Of a stretch of DNA of 44,251 nucleotides, positions 26,348-40,200 are shown piece by piece. The notes under the pieces were generated by a model that saw only the letters and a list, made by a program, of their open reading frames with translations, was not told the DNA's origin and did not search any database. Source of the DNA: Choristocarpus tenellus KU-1152 (lineage: Eukaryota > Protista > Phaeophyceae); the NCBI GenBank assembly GCA_964200185.2, contig CAXNAD020000025.1, forward strand, positions 1 to 44,251, given 5' to 3'. A program made the translations under genes and the position numbers. How positions within the stretch are numbered: the first letter of the stretch is position 1; each line of letters starts with the position of its first letter.

Positions 26348-29300
26348 ATGTCCAACGACTCAGACTTGACAAAACAGCTGTCTGAGCTGCAGATATCGAG
26401 AAGAGATGGTGGCTCCTTAACTGGTAACCATATCTCGTGCAGTCATATTCTAGAAAAGTTGTCTATTGTCTCATCAACTTTTCCGTTTCAATAGATTTAG
26501 TGTCCAGGTGTCTAACTCCTCCTAGATGTCATTTTCGATGACATTGTGGAAAAAAAGCTGCTCTACTGATATTCACATTGCTGGCAACGCCTCGCCATTT
26601 CTCCCCTTGTGTCAGCGGGCCAGCAAGCAACATTGCCAATGGAGTCCGCTGAGATGCATGCGTTGCTGGCCAGGTTGCAAGACGTAGCTACTGCTCCCCG
26701 GACCGAGGCCCCTGGCGAATCTATTCAGGGTCTGTTCGATACAATTCAGGGTGGCAAGGGAAAAGGAGGAGAAGGGGTCGGACGTGGGGACAGCTTGGAT
26801 GAAAACAGCAATGGAAGGGGACACACGTCAACTGAACGGTGTGTTCTTGAGGACTACACTAGATGCTCCCAGTCACACCTTTGGGAGCTCATGATGAGCT
26901 TTTATGACAGGAAGGGCGTGGAGTCATGGAGCCAGGTGACCATCTAGGAGCGAAATTGCTGTGGCTAATCTGAATTGTATGTTTTAATAGGTGTGTGTGC
27001 CCCTGGTCTAGGAGGGTCGTCCCAGAAGAAAAAAATTGCCCAGGATCATGTACCTTGAACAAAGCTGCCTCACTTTGTTTTATCATTAGATAATGGTAAT
27101 ATTTCAACAACCATCATCGCAATTGGTCGACATGGCCGGCATTATCGCCACCTGTCCAGGTGTGGTGCAAGGAAGCCCTGTGCTGTGATGACTGTTACAC
27201 CTATACAACCTGACAGATAGAAAGCCTTGTTCCACCGCAATCCTCCTCTGCCCTCCCTGACCTCCAGGGAATAGTTCCACACTTCATCACCTGCAATGCC
27301 TTCATTGGAAGATCTTACGCCCATGTCCTGTATGGTTACATACGGGACTGTGTGACTGGAAAGAACTCAATGACGTTAGATCCTACAGAGCCGTTTTACA
27401 TTATTGAACTGGGGACTGGACCAGGGAAGTTTAGCTTCTTCATGCTCAAGGCACTGCTAGAGATGAAGGTCAGGTTTCCTCCCAACCTTGACACAAACCA
27501 CCCTTCGCCAACTTTGTGATTTGGAACTCCACATATCGTGGTGGTCTGTGCAAACATGTACCCTGCCTGGCATGATGTTGATGATACGATATATTGTAAT
27601 AGCCATTGAGTGACCTAGTGTAATATCTTCTCAATCTGCTGTGAGATGCAAACAGAGTCCTGTACCTGTTATTTACTAAGTACCTCTTCGCTGCATGCCG
27701 ATGGGTGAATGTTGGAAGTACTAGATGGAGGGAGTGTCTTAAAAAGGTTTATGCTCTTCCTGCACTCTAACCTCAGGCGATGGTGTCACTTTAGCTTGCT
27801 ATGGCCCACATTTTTTGTACTTTTCATTGAAGAATGCACTGTTGTTGTTGATCTGAGGATGCTGTTCCTACACATAATATTTGCTTCATTCTGTGTGTGT
27901 GATACCAGGTGACTGGTGGTATCAGTACCTTACTTTGTTACCCTTGTTCAGATACCTCCTCAGCAGCTTTTCCAGTCATTATGGGGTGCTGCATATTGAT
28001 ACACCTGGGTCCCAATATTCCCATGTTTGTTGTTTTTGTTTATGCAGGACATCAGTGATTTTCCAGTGGACAAGATCGTGTATGTCATGACAGATTTCAC
28101 CGAGAGCAATTTCAACTTCTGGGCTAGCCACCCAGTGAGTATATGACTTGATTGTCTTTTGTACTGCCTGCATCTTATAGCACTGCCTGGGATAGTGCTT
28201 GTATCCTCCCTGTCCTCCCCCCCCTAATATAGATACCACCTATTCATATTATCCTCGGCTGTAGAATGAAAGTACTCAGGGTGTATGGCATGACCACAGC
28301 TACTCAAGTTTCTGAATGTGGGGTCTTCTACTTCAAAACTCCATTGCTGCAAGCTTGTAAATCATGCTAACATTTCTCCAGAAGTTGTTGTAAATGATGG
28401 ATATTATTATGTTTTCCCGTGTGCTCTTGGCTGATGTGTTCTGTGTCTGGTGTGACAAATGTTCCCCCCAAGGGAAAAGACATGTTGGAGTATTTTTTAT
28501 GTTTCCAAGAAACAGCTAACAGCTTGTGTGTGTTACAAAGTGAAAGAGAGGTGAAGGTGACAGGCATTGTGCGACTGTATTCATCATTTATTGCATTCCT
28601 ATTGCCACAGGTTCTCAAGCCTTACATGGATTCAGGTCAGCTTGACATGGCGATTTTTGATGCAGTTAGTGACACAACGATTAAACTCAGCTGCTCAGGG
28701 GTGGAGCTTGGGCCAGGCACATGCAAGAACCCCATCTGCATTGTGGCAAATTATTTGTTTGACACACTATGTCATGATGTATTCCAGGTACCTGTACGAT
28801 AGCAGTGCTGCTCATCCTTTGGTCAATTTACTCTGTTGTATTGTAGGTTTGTCAGAAAGTGATATATTTGAGTGCTATTAATTAACCAGACACAATTACG
28901 TATAGCAGACTAGGTGGGATATGCCTTTGAAATTGTTGCTCCTCTTTGTCCATAGACCTTGTGGTGATTTCATTAGCGAAGGGATAGAGATGTTCGTCCC
29001 ATTCTTGTTGATGTTGGTCTTTATAAGCACATATCTAATTATTTCAGTTTTATCTTCTTTAACTGTGCAAAGCGAAGGTATTGCTGGTACTGTTGAATGC
29101 CAACTGTGACACCTACATATAGTTGATAAGAATCCAATGGGATCACACCTGTTGAAGGCGTTTGGCAGTTCATTTGTCTTGTGTATTGTGTTTGATTGCT
29201 TAGTTGCAATTCTTCAAAGTAATGCACTCCCACCTATTTTTGATGTGATGGGCTTATCATTGCCCTGCAATCCTGTATATAATGATAATATTCTCACTAA

Positions 29301-32300
29301 CTTGTCGACAACTTCAAGGTGGACAACAATGGTAGTCCAAAGGAGGGGCTTATCAGTGTGGGTTCAAAGAGGGCCCACGAGCCAGACCCTCTTGATCCGG
29401 AGATAATTCAGAGGCTGTACAACAAATTCACGTACAGGGATATATCTGATGACTATTACAAGGATGAGGATGGGGATGAGGTACGAGGATGCAAGGGCTG
29501 AGGGAAGGAGGGTTGCATAAATGCAGTTCTGTTGAGGGAGTGTAGATGGCTTACATCCTAGTTTTAACTAGATCATTTTGGCATTTGCACAAGAGAGAGG
29601 TCCTCAGTCCTAGGTTTTACTCATGTTTTCTGAGTAGTGGATGACAAGCCTTTCTCTTGTAATGATAAATGTTTTCTGAGTGTAATATATTTTTATTTTT
29701 ATAAGGATTTTTATTTTATTTTCTGAGTGTTGGAATGCATGCCTAAGCGTGGTCTGATGTCATGGAGCTGTGGAGCTACACCTGTCTAGCCTTACCTGAC
29801 AATAGTGCCTTTACACATTATTCAATGTGTCAGAAGGTGACAAGTATTGACAACATGGAGTATGTGTGTGTGTTTGGTTGTGAACATGTGACTGTGAATG
29901 CAGATCCACTTCAGGCGCATCTTGCAGTGGTACGTTGACTATGCCATCAACAATCCTGGGGGTCTTTCGATTCTGTTCCCTGTTGGGGCACTGCGTGCTC
30001 TGAGGCGACTCATGTCCTTCAGCAACAATCGGTGAGGTCTCATCTTGTGACAAACAGACCTATGGAGGAAGATTTTTTTGTCCACTTTGTAGAGCACAGG
30101 TGAACTGTTGATTTTCCATTTCGTAGTGAACCTTTCTTGTTGCTTTTTTTGTTAAGGGATAATCTTGAGATTTTGCTGGAGTTGAAGAGGCTTTTGGTGT
30201 ATTTGCAGTGATATAAATGCCCCCCCCTCACTGCCAAAGTGTGGTTGTTGGATGAAATGCAGGGCACTGGTCATATCAGGAGACAAGGGAAACAACAACC
30301 CAGAGCAGTTCCGAGGTCTGATGGACCCCCACATAGCAGTGCATGGCTCCTTCTCTGTGATGGTGAACTACCATGCGATTGGTGCATATTTCACAAGCAG
30401 AGGTGGCTATGCGTTACACAATCCACAGGAAGAGGTGAAAATATTGGTGTCTACTTTTTTTAATTCTTTTTTTTATATGGATGGGTGTTTACCGTGGCTG
30501 GGATGATGTTTTTTTTGAGGTATGAAGGGGGTGATTGTTGTTTCATGGAAGTGTCGCATGTGTTTGGAATGAGAAGTACTTCAAATTCCCAAGTGCAAGA
30601 TGATGTCATCAGTCTCCAGTATTGAACTGAACTATTGCCCTAACCCTTGCTATAGTTTTTTTTTCGATGCATAGAATGCATTGCATGTTTATAGTCATGT
30701 CTGTGTATGTTGACACTGACAATTTGAGGGTGGCACTGACAGGTATTAATTATAATTTTTGGAAATTAGGACTGAGCAAGTTCTGTAGAAACATGCTTGG
30801 ATCTTTGTTCATTCTGTGCACGATTAAAACCTGGAAAGTATTTCTTCCTCAACCAAAAGTTTGACAAGAGTAGGAATCATTCCCTCTGTTGGAAATATAT
30901 CTACTACTGAAGTACCCCCTCCATTGTTTTTGAGAGATTTGCTTGATAGTATAAATAGTGATTGCCAGATATTACTCCAATCTCACACATCATTTGCTTG
31001 ACTAAAGCTAGCCTCATACCTGAAACCTCATGTAATTGCTGTGCAGGCAAGTCTGAAGGTATCTGCTTTTGTGCTTACAGGGGACAAGGAACCAGGTGGA
31101 ACAATCTAGCTTCTTTTGCATGCCTGTATCCTATCTGTCTAGAAATGAAAAATCTTTTAACACTTCTGCTATATCTTGGTGATATTAGTTCTATTATTAT
31201 TCCAGAAACCGGCTCAAGACGTCTCGTGACTACATTTTTTTTTAGTTAACTGGATGTTGTGGAGGAAATAAGAAAAACAACTTTTGAGTAGTGGTTAAGC
31301 GGTCTGATTGTGCTCTCTCAGTGCATCCACTGTACTCTGCACAACTATTTATTTATTTACTGGACAGGTTGCAGAAACAGAGATAGCTCCTGAGGTACTG
31401 TTGTTCTGGTAGTACCTGGTACCTACCTGCATTCAGTTGTATTACTTGTTTTCAATGCATTGTACGGTGAAGATAGTGGACTTCATAGTGAAGCATTCCT
31501 TTCTGTTATTCCTTCCTTCCCCTATGTGAAGCATTCCTTTCTGTTATTCCTTCCTTCCCCTATGCACCCCCACTCGCAACTAGACAATGGCAAGGACCTC
31601 AGGGGTGATTTCATTGAGCGCATGGATGAGGAGAGATCTAGGCTTTTTCCACACCTTGCAGCGGCATTCCGAACCAATGTTGAGCAGTTTGGTCCAAACG
31701 ACTTTTTTGTGATGCAAAAGTGTATGAAAGAGGCAAGTCAAGAATCAAGAAGGCTCTTCTAAGAAGTGCATTGGTAGTTTGCCTCTTTTGTGTCCTTGTC
31801 ATTGAAGCTTGGGGCAGATCATGTCATTGCTGCACAGAGTGTGTCACATGTTCAGTTGTAGTGCCCTAAATTCAAAAGTGACCTCCCTACCTCCAAGCTT
31901 AGGAGAGACCATTGCTTGTATGGGTGTACTCTATGTGTGAGGAATTGTTGAGAGATAGGCAATGATCCTCTTGAATTTGGTCTGATTCTGGTATGGAGAT
32001 GAATTGGAGATGAATTGGAGATGAATTGCTCGCCTGTGACCCAAGTGAAACTCTAGTCAAAGAGTATGCATTTCTTTTGTAAGGGTGTTGAACAACATTT
32101 AGGTGGAAATTTCTCTCCCCCAACCTCAGTGTGGTTGCTGTCTTGGTTGGAGTGTATACTATGCAATTTCGAGGTTGACTGGGACTTCATTTTGCTTCCA
32201 CTAGCACCCCTTGTTTGTGTGTATGTATTATTCTTGCATGTGTGTCCATGGTTGATAAACAACAAGTGTCCCATGGTTGATCAACAAGCAAGAAGTGGAC

Positions 32301-34401
32301 TGCAACTCCAACAACCCCAGCACACAGGTCTCTTAGCACATTATTCTGCTGGAAAGAGTGGTTGATCGGTGAGCTTTGAACTTTTTTTAATCTCCATCCT
32401 CCATTCGTGGAACCATAGGACACGGCTACACCCACCTTGAAGAGTGTGGTTGCACTGCTGAAGCTGGGAGACTGGGATCCTGATGTGTTCTACAAGTTCC
32501 GGGACACCATACTCAACCAGGTGGGGGTTGAACTCAATATGCTGCACTAGTACAAATAGTATCTGTTTGTCATGATGTTGTTCCCTCCATCCCTCTCATG
32601 ATTTACACCCCTTTCCTTGTTGCATAAGGTCTGATTGCTCTGTGTCAGATTGCTGGATCAATGTAGCACATGTTGGTGACCTTACAGGGCAAGGGACATA
32701 CACGCACTAGTATAAGTTCTCGAGATCAAATTCAAGATGCCTTCATTAATGACATCATGAATCTCATGGCAAGTGCGGGAACATTTACCAGCTACCCTTT
32801 GGTCTCTATGGTGTTTGGTGTCGACAGGTGTCTACAGCGGTTCTTAAGCTACGGAAGGATCTCTGTAGAGGAATACCCCGTGTCTGGGAAAACTACTACA
32901 TGCTAGACAAAGAAAAGGTTAGCCTCCACCTTTCCAAGTGAAACTTGATCGCACTGGAACAAGGTGTATCTTATCTTTTGGAATGTGACCAACCTACAGC
33001 TCACTATGACACAATTACCCCTCTCCAAGGGAGTTTCAATATCAAGTTCTCACTCTACATTTCAATACAGTGCAGTGAGGTATTGGTGCTAGGGTTAGGG
33101 ATATGTTTGTTAGTAGTAGCATGAGGGATACGTTTGTTAGCCCTTACAGCAATCGCTAGTTGCAATGATGACATGATCTTACTCAGTTTTTTATTCTACC
33201 TTCTCTCTCTCTCTCTGGTGTTGCAGGATGTTGCATTTGAGATTGGACGGTTTTATTACGGCATCAGAGACTACAAGAACGCCCTGCGGTTCTACCAAGA
33301 TAGCTCAGAAAACGTGGGGGAGCATCATGTCACATTCCACAACATGGGGTTGTGCTACTACAGCATGGGTACAGACTTTTATTTTAGTACATGCAGTAAT
33401 CTGAAATATCAGCAGTTGCAGAATTTGGTGATTGAATGAGGTGTGAAACTACTTTTGTAAGTGTTAGGGTTGGGGTTAGGTTATGGAAAACTGTCACCGG
33501 ACAAGTTACCATGCTATCGAATGATTTTTGCCAGCACATACAAAACTATTGTATGATGTGACAAGTATTGGAGAACAGCCACTGCTACATTGTTATGTAT
33601 GTAGTATTTACACGCCTTCCAGGACGGAATTTGAAGGAGAGAGTCCTGAACATGAACTGTAGTGAATGTGACCCCACCTTCATGTTTTGCTTGGTAGATT
33701 GTAATTGAAGGTCTACATAGTAACAGTGCCCCCCGTATGTGATGGTGAGAGTAAACCTTAGGTTGAAGTGTGTACAACTGTACTTTGTCTAGTGTCTCAA
33801 GAATAGTGACCAAGCCGTGTGACAGACCCTGTGACAGACCCAAACATGTTAACTTCACCTTTCTATTCACATGTCTGTTCAGGGGAATTGGAAAAAGCTA
33901 GATCAAATTTTGATAAGGCACTGGAGCTCAATAGCAACTACGAAAAGGCTAGGTCATGGCATCGCAAGGTGAGGCAATACTACATTCACAAACTAACGGA
34001 CATCTAATGTGTTTCCCACTCAAGCTTGTTCAGCAATGTGGTGAAAGAAGGAGGATGGAACATGACACACAACCTTAGCACCCTTGTGGTGTGTGATATG
34101 TGATGTGTGATGTCTGTCCTTTATGCTCTCCTGTATTTTTTCCCTTGACTGACAACAAAAGCATTGTTTTGAACAAATCAGTTGACCAGTCTACTGCTCG
34201 CAACAGGTTCAGGAGGAGTTGAAGGCCAGTAGACAAGCTGTGGTAGGTATGGGAATGGAGGGGATTGCCAATGGGGAGGGGGTTGCGGCAATGGAAGGCA
34301 TGCATATTGGAGATAGTCTCACGTTACCAGTTATGCACCCCCATTCAAACCTGGACCATCCAACTTCTAGCACATCAGGTGAGCACTGTATGCTTCCCTA
34401 G
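26348..34401 (+). CDS. Class I SAM-dependent methyltransferase (MidA/NDUFAF7-like fold) with C-terminal TPRs, ~711 aa
   Basis: Exons 26348-26423, 26616-26935, 27268-27468, 28048-28134, 28611-28787, 29319-29480, 29904-30031, 30263-30434, 31047-31095, 31584-31732 (GC donor), 32419-32520, 32828-32917, 33227-33368, 33883-33968, 34207-34401 (2136 nt, open throughout). Motif I FYIIELGTGPGKF, motif II YVMTDF, IVANYLFDTL (compare MidA ANEFFDAL), ISGDKG. TPRs: VAFEIGRFYYGIRDYKNALRFYQDS and TFHNMGLCYYSMGELEKARSNFDKALELNSNYEKA. Confidence 0.88.
31489..31564 (+). repeat. Perfect 38-bp tandem duplication in intron, just upstream of a 3' splice site
   Basis: tgaagcattcctttctgttattccttccttcccctatg x2, ending 19 nt before the exon starting at 31584. 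Confidence 0.9.
31994..32028 (+). repeat. 11-bp tandem repeat x3 (tggagatgaat)
   Basis: Directly visible in intron. Confidence 0.85.
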
Positions 34402-35954
34402 TTGTGTCCACAATGATCTATTCACCTGCTTATGATTTCAGATCATGAGTTCAAGGTGTGTTAATAAAGTAGATGTGAATGATCTGTATTTTTTGGACTT
34501 TACACTGTTGGATGTTGGGAGAGGGTTAGGGGTATGGTGTTTGGATGTAGTACACATTTACTATCCTGGGGTAGATTTGGGGGCATTATTCGAAAGTGGC
34601 AGATGTAAAAGGAGGGGGCGTCTCAGAGGCAAGCTAAATATGAAGTGTGTGAAATGGATGTTGTGAGATGGATGTTTAGCACCCTGTGTTGGGCAGTAGT
34701 CATGGAAGTGACGGTTCCTTCTTTTGTAACTGGAACATGCACTGGTTTATGGTGCCTTGGTAGGTAGGTGCGCATGATATTATGATGCAAGAACTCTCAA
34801 ATGTCGCTCATATCTGTGCAAATCCAGACGGATGGATATGTTCCAACTTACTATCGAAGTAAGAAATAATTGCAAAAACAGTTTCAGAGACATTTTCAGA
34901 AAAACGGTAATTGGCAACTAGTCTATTTTTGGTTCTATTTGGGTGATCTAGAGTTTTTCAAGACTCGATTGGATGTCATGAAAATGTCAAGTCAGTGGTG
35001 CAATAGAAGAGGGGAGAGAGCACAATAACCCACTGGTGCCACTATCACCATAATAGTAATTGCAAGTGGTGGGATTGTAGTGTGTGTCAACTCATCACAT
35101 CAAGAGAAATGTTTCTAGGAAGAAATTTTGGGTTGGTTGCGACAGGACATTTCTATTTTTTGTTTGTTTGTTGTACATGCTAGAATTGCGCATCATTATA
35201 TGGTTGGTTGTACATGCTCTGCCCTACATGCAGGCACCAATAAAATGCCTTCCTTTTCGTAGTGATGTCATTAGTTGACTTCTTTGTGTGTGAGTGTGAT
35301 ATTTTGAGCTTGTAGTTTGAAATATTGTTCTCTTCCTCTGTGAGGGAGAGATAAACTGAGTACAAACTGCCTCCTGGTGCTCCTCCAGGACAATCTGAAG
35401 AGGGGAAAGGAGTCCAGTTGACAGGGGACCTGAATCCCCAATGACTTCACAATGGGGCATGTAGAGGAGAGCAGTTAGGAGCAGCTCTCAAGATGGAGGG
35501 GTTCCTTCAGCAGCCACTGTGCAGGCACTCCATGAATGCCTGGGGCTTGCAGAAGACCAAGTATGCAGTCAGTTCTAGTTTAAGAGAGGTGCCTAGGAAG
35601 ATGGATAAGATGTACACGTAGTGAGAGGGGTGATGTAGGGCGATTTGGAGTGCAACCTTTAGTTGTGATCTTGCCCTGGAAGATTTTAATGTACTTAGTA
35701 GGTATGCTGCCCATCCCAAGGTGAAGAGAGTACAACTGTAGTATAGAATTGGTCAACTGTATGTATAACCTATCTTCCTAGCTACACACTCTCCAGCCTC
35801 TGTATGTACTGCACCCAACTCTGTGGGGGGGGAATGGGTGATGGGTGATGGGTGCATGGGATGGGACGCATTAGGAAGAAGAAATAAAGAGATGATAATA
35901 TGTTCACAGCACAACCCGGTGAGAATTCACTCTCCCTGTGCAATAAACTCACCT

Positions 35955-36011
35955 GGATATGATGGACAAGGATATGATGGATAAGGATAAGATGGATAAG
36001 GATATGATAAG
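35955..36011 (+). repeat. 15-bp minisatellite (ggatatgatggataa) x~4
   Basis: ggatatgatggacaa/ggatatgatggataa/ggataagatggataa/ggatatgataag. Confidence 0.85.
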
Positions 36012-36269
36012 CATTGACCCTCTTATTCAGTCACAAATCGAAATTTTGTTATCGCCACCTTACCAGTCCAAAACCTGTCAGTAGCCCTTCTTTTGTTCCA
36101 TGATACCTCGCCGTCAGCCAAAGACAAAAAAGATCAGCATCTGCAATGATGTCATGCATCTTTGAATTGTCCATTCCTATGTGGAGGTGCAAGGTCTGTC
36201 CTGTTCTGTGTCAGACAAATCATGATTTAATTAATCTGTGCTTTACGAATCAGTAGATAATTAATCTTT

Positions 36270-37280
36270 TGCTGTACAAAAATTTGTGTGTGAAGGTGGA
36301 AGGAGTGATGAAGATGTAGAAATCATTTTTACCCTGGAATTTTGTTCCATAAATCATGTAGTGAGTACAACTCAATGTCAAGTAATGATGTACAAATCTC
36401 GACTTGGTGAAAAAAACTTCGCTGGTTAGCATGTAAGCATGATTTGAAGGTATAGCTCACCATTTAATCAACACGTATTGCTGATCTCTCCCTAGCTCAT
36501 TTCCACATACTACAGTAGTACTAAAAACATTCTGCTGCGATTTAGCAGGAAAGGATCATGTACAGATCTTACCCTTGTAATTTAATTTCCGATACCTGTT
36601 GGGTTTGCCCTTCAACTTTCAAGCTGATAAAATTTGCTGGTATAAATAACAGTGCTTACATTTTAGTATCAGTACCACCACTCCAGTGTTTAAAACATCA
36701 ACAAATAGTTGTCAGCATTGCTCATCCTTTACCAAGTGTGCTTAAATATTTGTCATACCACTCCCTCATCAACAAAGTGTGTAAGTTTTGTCATACCGCT
36801 CCCCTATCTGCCAAACCTGTACAAATGGTCCCCTGGTACAAATGGGTTGAGTTAAATCCACAATGATTTATGCTTGTGAGCACAAGTTGTACAAATCACG
36901 TTGTGTTGATTTGTCAAACTCTCACCCGGTTGTTGGAAGATTTGTCCCACACAATTCTCACAAATATAAATGGGTACAAGTGATTGGGATCCACAAATGA
37001 AAGAGTTAACTCCTAAATGTTTAATTTGTGAGTATGTGCCTCAACATGCATAACTCAGATTTATGACTGAAATGGCTGTTGATTTATTGGAAATTAGTTT
37101 GTACACCCCAAATCGGCTTTGATTTGATTTATTTGGTCTGAAGTGTGGTCCTGTTATTTGTATGCATTCAATTGTTTTATTTTTTTTATGCGTGGGGGCC
37201 ATCCCAACCCAATAGGAACCCAGCCATTGGTCCGGTAAACCATTTTGGTACATTTCTTGTCCAGGTGTATGTTGTACCTA
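36270..37280. mobile_element. Possible non-autonomous DNA-transposon terminal region (AT-rich, dispersed GTACAA(A) motifs in both orientations)
   Basis: (G/T)GTACAA motifs near 36275, 36390, 36819, 36836, 36889, 36974; reverse-oriented or variant copies near 37098, 37245, 37272. No credible ORF. No TIR or TSD could be fixed. Confidence 0.25.
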
Positions 37281-40200
37281 CTCCAGAAATTTTAATCAGA
37301 TCAACACACTATGGCTCCAGCACAGGTTGATCAATCACCATGTTTGTTCACATCTCCAAAATGGCTTCCAAAAGTTGAAGCACCCTGAAACTGCCCAATG
37401 AGAAGTGATCGAAAAATCAGAACCTAGACTTCACTGGGAACAGAAGAATGGAGATTGATACTGATCGGCTTCTAGCCCTAATTGTCCATAAAATTATGTC
37501 ATAATATATATATATGCTGTTAACTCTCATAGACAATGTTGCTTGTACAACCAGGGGATGGTGATATATATATATATATATTATGCTATAGATGGAGCAA
37601 GGGAATGGGCAACCCAACTCTTAATACCGTGTTCAAATGTGTGTAGGCATACAACTACCTTGTTGGACTTGTGGAAATACGTTTGTTGTGTTTGGAATGT
37701 TGTATGGGTGTCCTCTCAGTGTATTCGTATGAGGTGCTCCTTCCCTTGCAAACCTTCTCTGTAAGGTTTGAACAAAGCTTGGAAATGTGTGCACCTTTTA
37801 AGAATCTCCAGCATACAGGGCATGGACTAATAACGAAGTTGCCTAGACCCTTACGTGTTCAAACTGTCTCAATTATAACGTTGAAAAGTCGGTCAAGTCA
37901 CTCTACTTGTTCTCATGGTAGTGGTAGATAGTGCACCATGAATGCGCAGTTCGATCCGGGATGTTTCTGGCATTTACCTTGGAGTAAGTTTTACCTCTGG
38001 TGCTTCTTTCAGTTTGTTGCCTGCCTAGTAATGATCTATCTGAACCACTTCATAATGTTTTTTATTTTCTTTCATGACAACCAACCTGTGCCTGGTCACA
38101 CAGGGATAAGCAGGTGGACCACTATTTTTCAGCCCTATTTTACACTGCCATACTATAGATGTTAGGGTTGGAGGGATATGCCATCACATGCTATCACTTC
38201 ACTTGGCAACACAGTAGTGGCAGAAAAATGTTGGTAACATGCCAATAACTTGAAACTGTTGCAAGAAATTGTGCAAAGCACATGATCATGCTACCGACAA
38301 AAATGATAATGTTTTCTAAAACCTGACGCCATACACCACGCTGTTCATGACCCTTGGAGTATATAATGCTCACCCCTCAATCAACTTGAGTCAGAGTAAC
38401 CGGAAAGGGTGTGCGTTTTGGTCATTGTTGTTGTTTGAGTTTTAATAGGTTGAAGAGATTGTTTGAACAAGGTGAAGACATTCGAATAGTGTCAGAGAAG
38501 AGAGCATCCTTCTACAAATTCAATCTAATCACAGAAACAACACAACAGAAGTTCGGCACGGCAAGATCTTTAAGGTAGTTAGTTCAACCAAGTGCAGTAA
38601 GTTGTAGTGGAACAAAGAAGAGTTAGTTAGAAGTTGCAATAAATAATTATGGTAATAAGAGAATAATGACAAGTAGTGCAGTGTGTAGAAATTATGACAA
38701 AGTAAACGAGAGGTATCAAAGTTTTGGTCGTTTTGTATATTAATCCAGTTTTTCGATCTTTTGCAATTCACCCATATTTCTATGTCTATAGATGAAGTTC
38801 TACGTTTGACTTGAGAGCGTTTATTTCTCTATTATTTGAGACTTTTGGACAGAATTAAAAAAATATCCCGTGTTCATTTGAACTAGAATAGACCAATTTT
38901 GCAAATATTTGTTAGCATCCTCATCAAGCAACTCTGGGTACCTATTGCATACTTTGACTCAGTGCCTCTGACCACAGGTCGGGATAGTCCCCAGACTTAA
39001 GTGAAAATAATATAAATGCAACGTAGTACATCAACAGTCCAACTATTTCATAGTACTGCAATTTTCTGTCTGTGTTTTGTGATAAGTTAGTACTATGGGG
39101 TTAATTAGTACAGGACCAGCAATCGTTCCCAACTGCCAGGAATAGAGGGATCAGTACAACGAAACAAACACAGCTTTCAGTAAAAATGAGGGCAGTATAA
39201 CTCTCCTCTGGGATGACACGGACTGCCAACTTTAGTAGAGCAGTAGAGCTATCTCCCTAGTTGTAGTAGCAGTAGTGTACCTCTTTCTTGTGCCCTATAC
39301 TCCTTGTTACATACATACATAGATACACATCACGATGACTCTCTTTTCTTTGCCACCCCCATCATCCATGCATTGGGTGCCACCTAGCATCAATGGAATA
39401 TGACATTGCTTGGAGTTTTTCTTTTGACCATCTTGATCCTAACTAAATTGCAAACAGTACTACTTGAACAATATAGTAGGTGCCTCTTGAAGATAAGAGT
39501 AAGACTCCCTGTGGCTGGTGGTTGATACAATTATCGCTCTGTCTTGTGTCTTATCACTATCGATAAACACAGTAGTAGATGAACAAAAATATAATCAAAA
39601 CAGTGCATTGTCATTATCTTATGTCACTATCATTTCTCAACACGCACGCAACTAAATGGCTCAACAAATTGCCTGTCTTCTTCATCATCAAATGCAGAGT
39701 ACACAGAGAAAAAAATCAGGGGATGCACAATTATAATATATGTACACAAGTTAATCTCTCTCTACATAATATATATGCACAGTGGCATAGAATCTCACAA
39801 AAAAAACAACTCTGCACATAGACAAAAGTATGATACCCTTTCTTGCTCCCTCTTTCGAACAAGCTGGAAACAAGCCACCCCATTGCTCAAATCCTTAACC
39901 TGTGAAGCATGTGGTAGTACTTGGTATGTGTAGTACGATATCGTATTTCCTTCCTACACACTGCCACTAGCTACATGATAGGCCCAATCAAGAGTGAACC
40001 CTGATTGCCTGCCACTCCATACCAGATGGATCAATTGAGGGCTTCTACCTCACACACACCAAGGTAAAGTAGAAAGTTGAGGGGTAATGTAGCCCGTGAT
40101 ACAAGTCTGCTGTGCATGGTCCAATAGGCAGTTGTGAGCATCCCCTGCTCCACAAATACTGCAACCAAGGGAAATACACACACTGTGTGGGTGAGATAGT

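Noticed and set aside
31368-31394. 27-nt candidate micro-exon (cag|GTT...GAG|gtactg) in the methyltransferase gene
   Set aside because: In the required phase 1 it introduces TGA, and the gene is complete without it. No evidence for a poison exon.
35370-35570. GC-richer exon-like patch ending in CAA|gtatgc
   Set aside because: Stops in candidate frames, no partner exons and no recognisable domain.
38380-38430. Minus-strand LSGYSDSS* resembling the Copia RNase H GYSDADW motif
   Set aside because: The flanking Copia motifs (LRYLKGT, RKSTSG) are absent.
34900-38905. Weak inverted similarity between ~34911-34940 and ~38876-38903 as possible TIRs
   Set aside because: Identity is too low in AT-rich sequence and no TSD was found.
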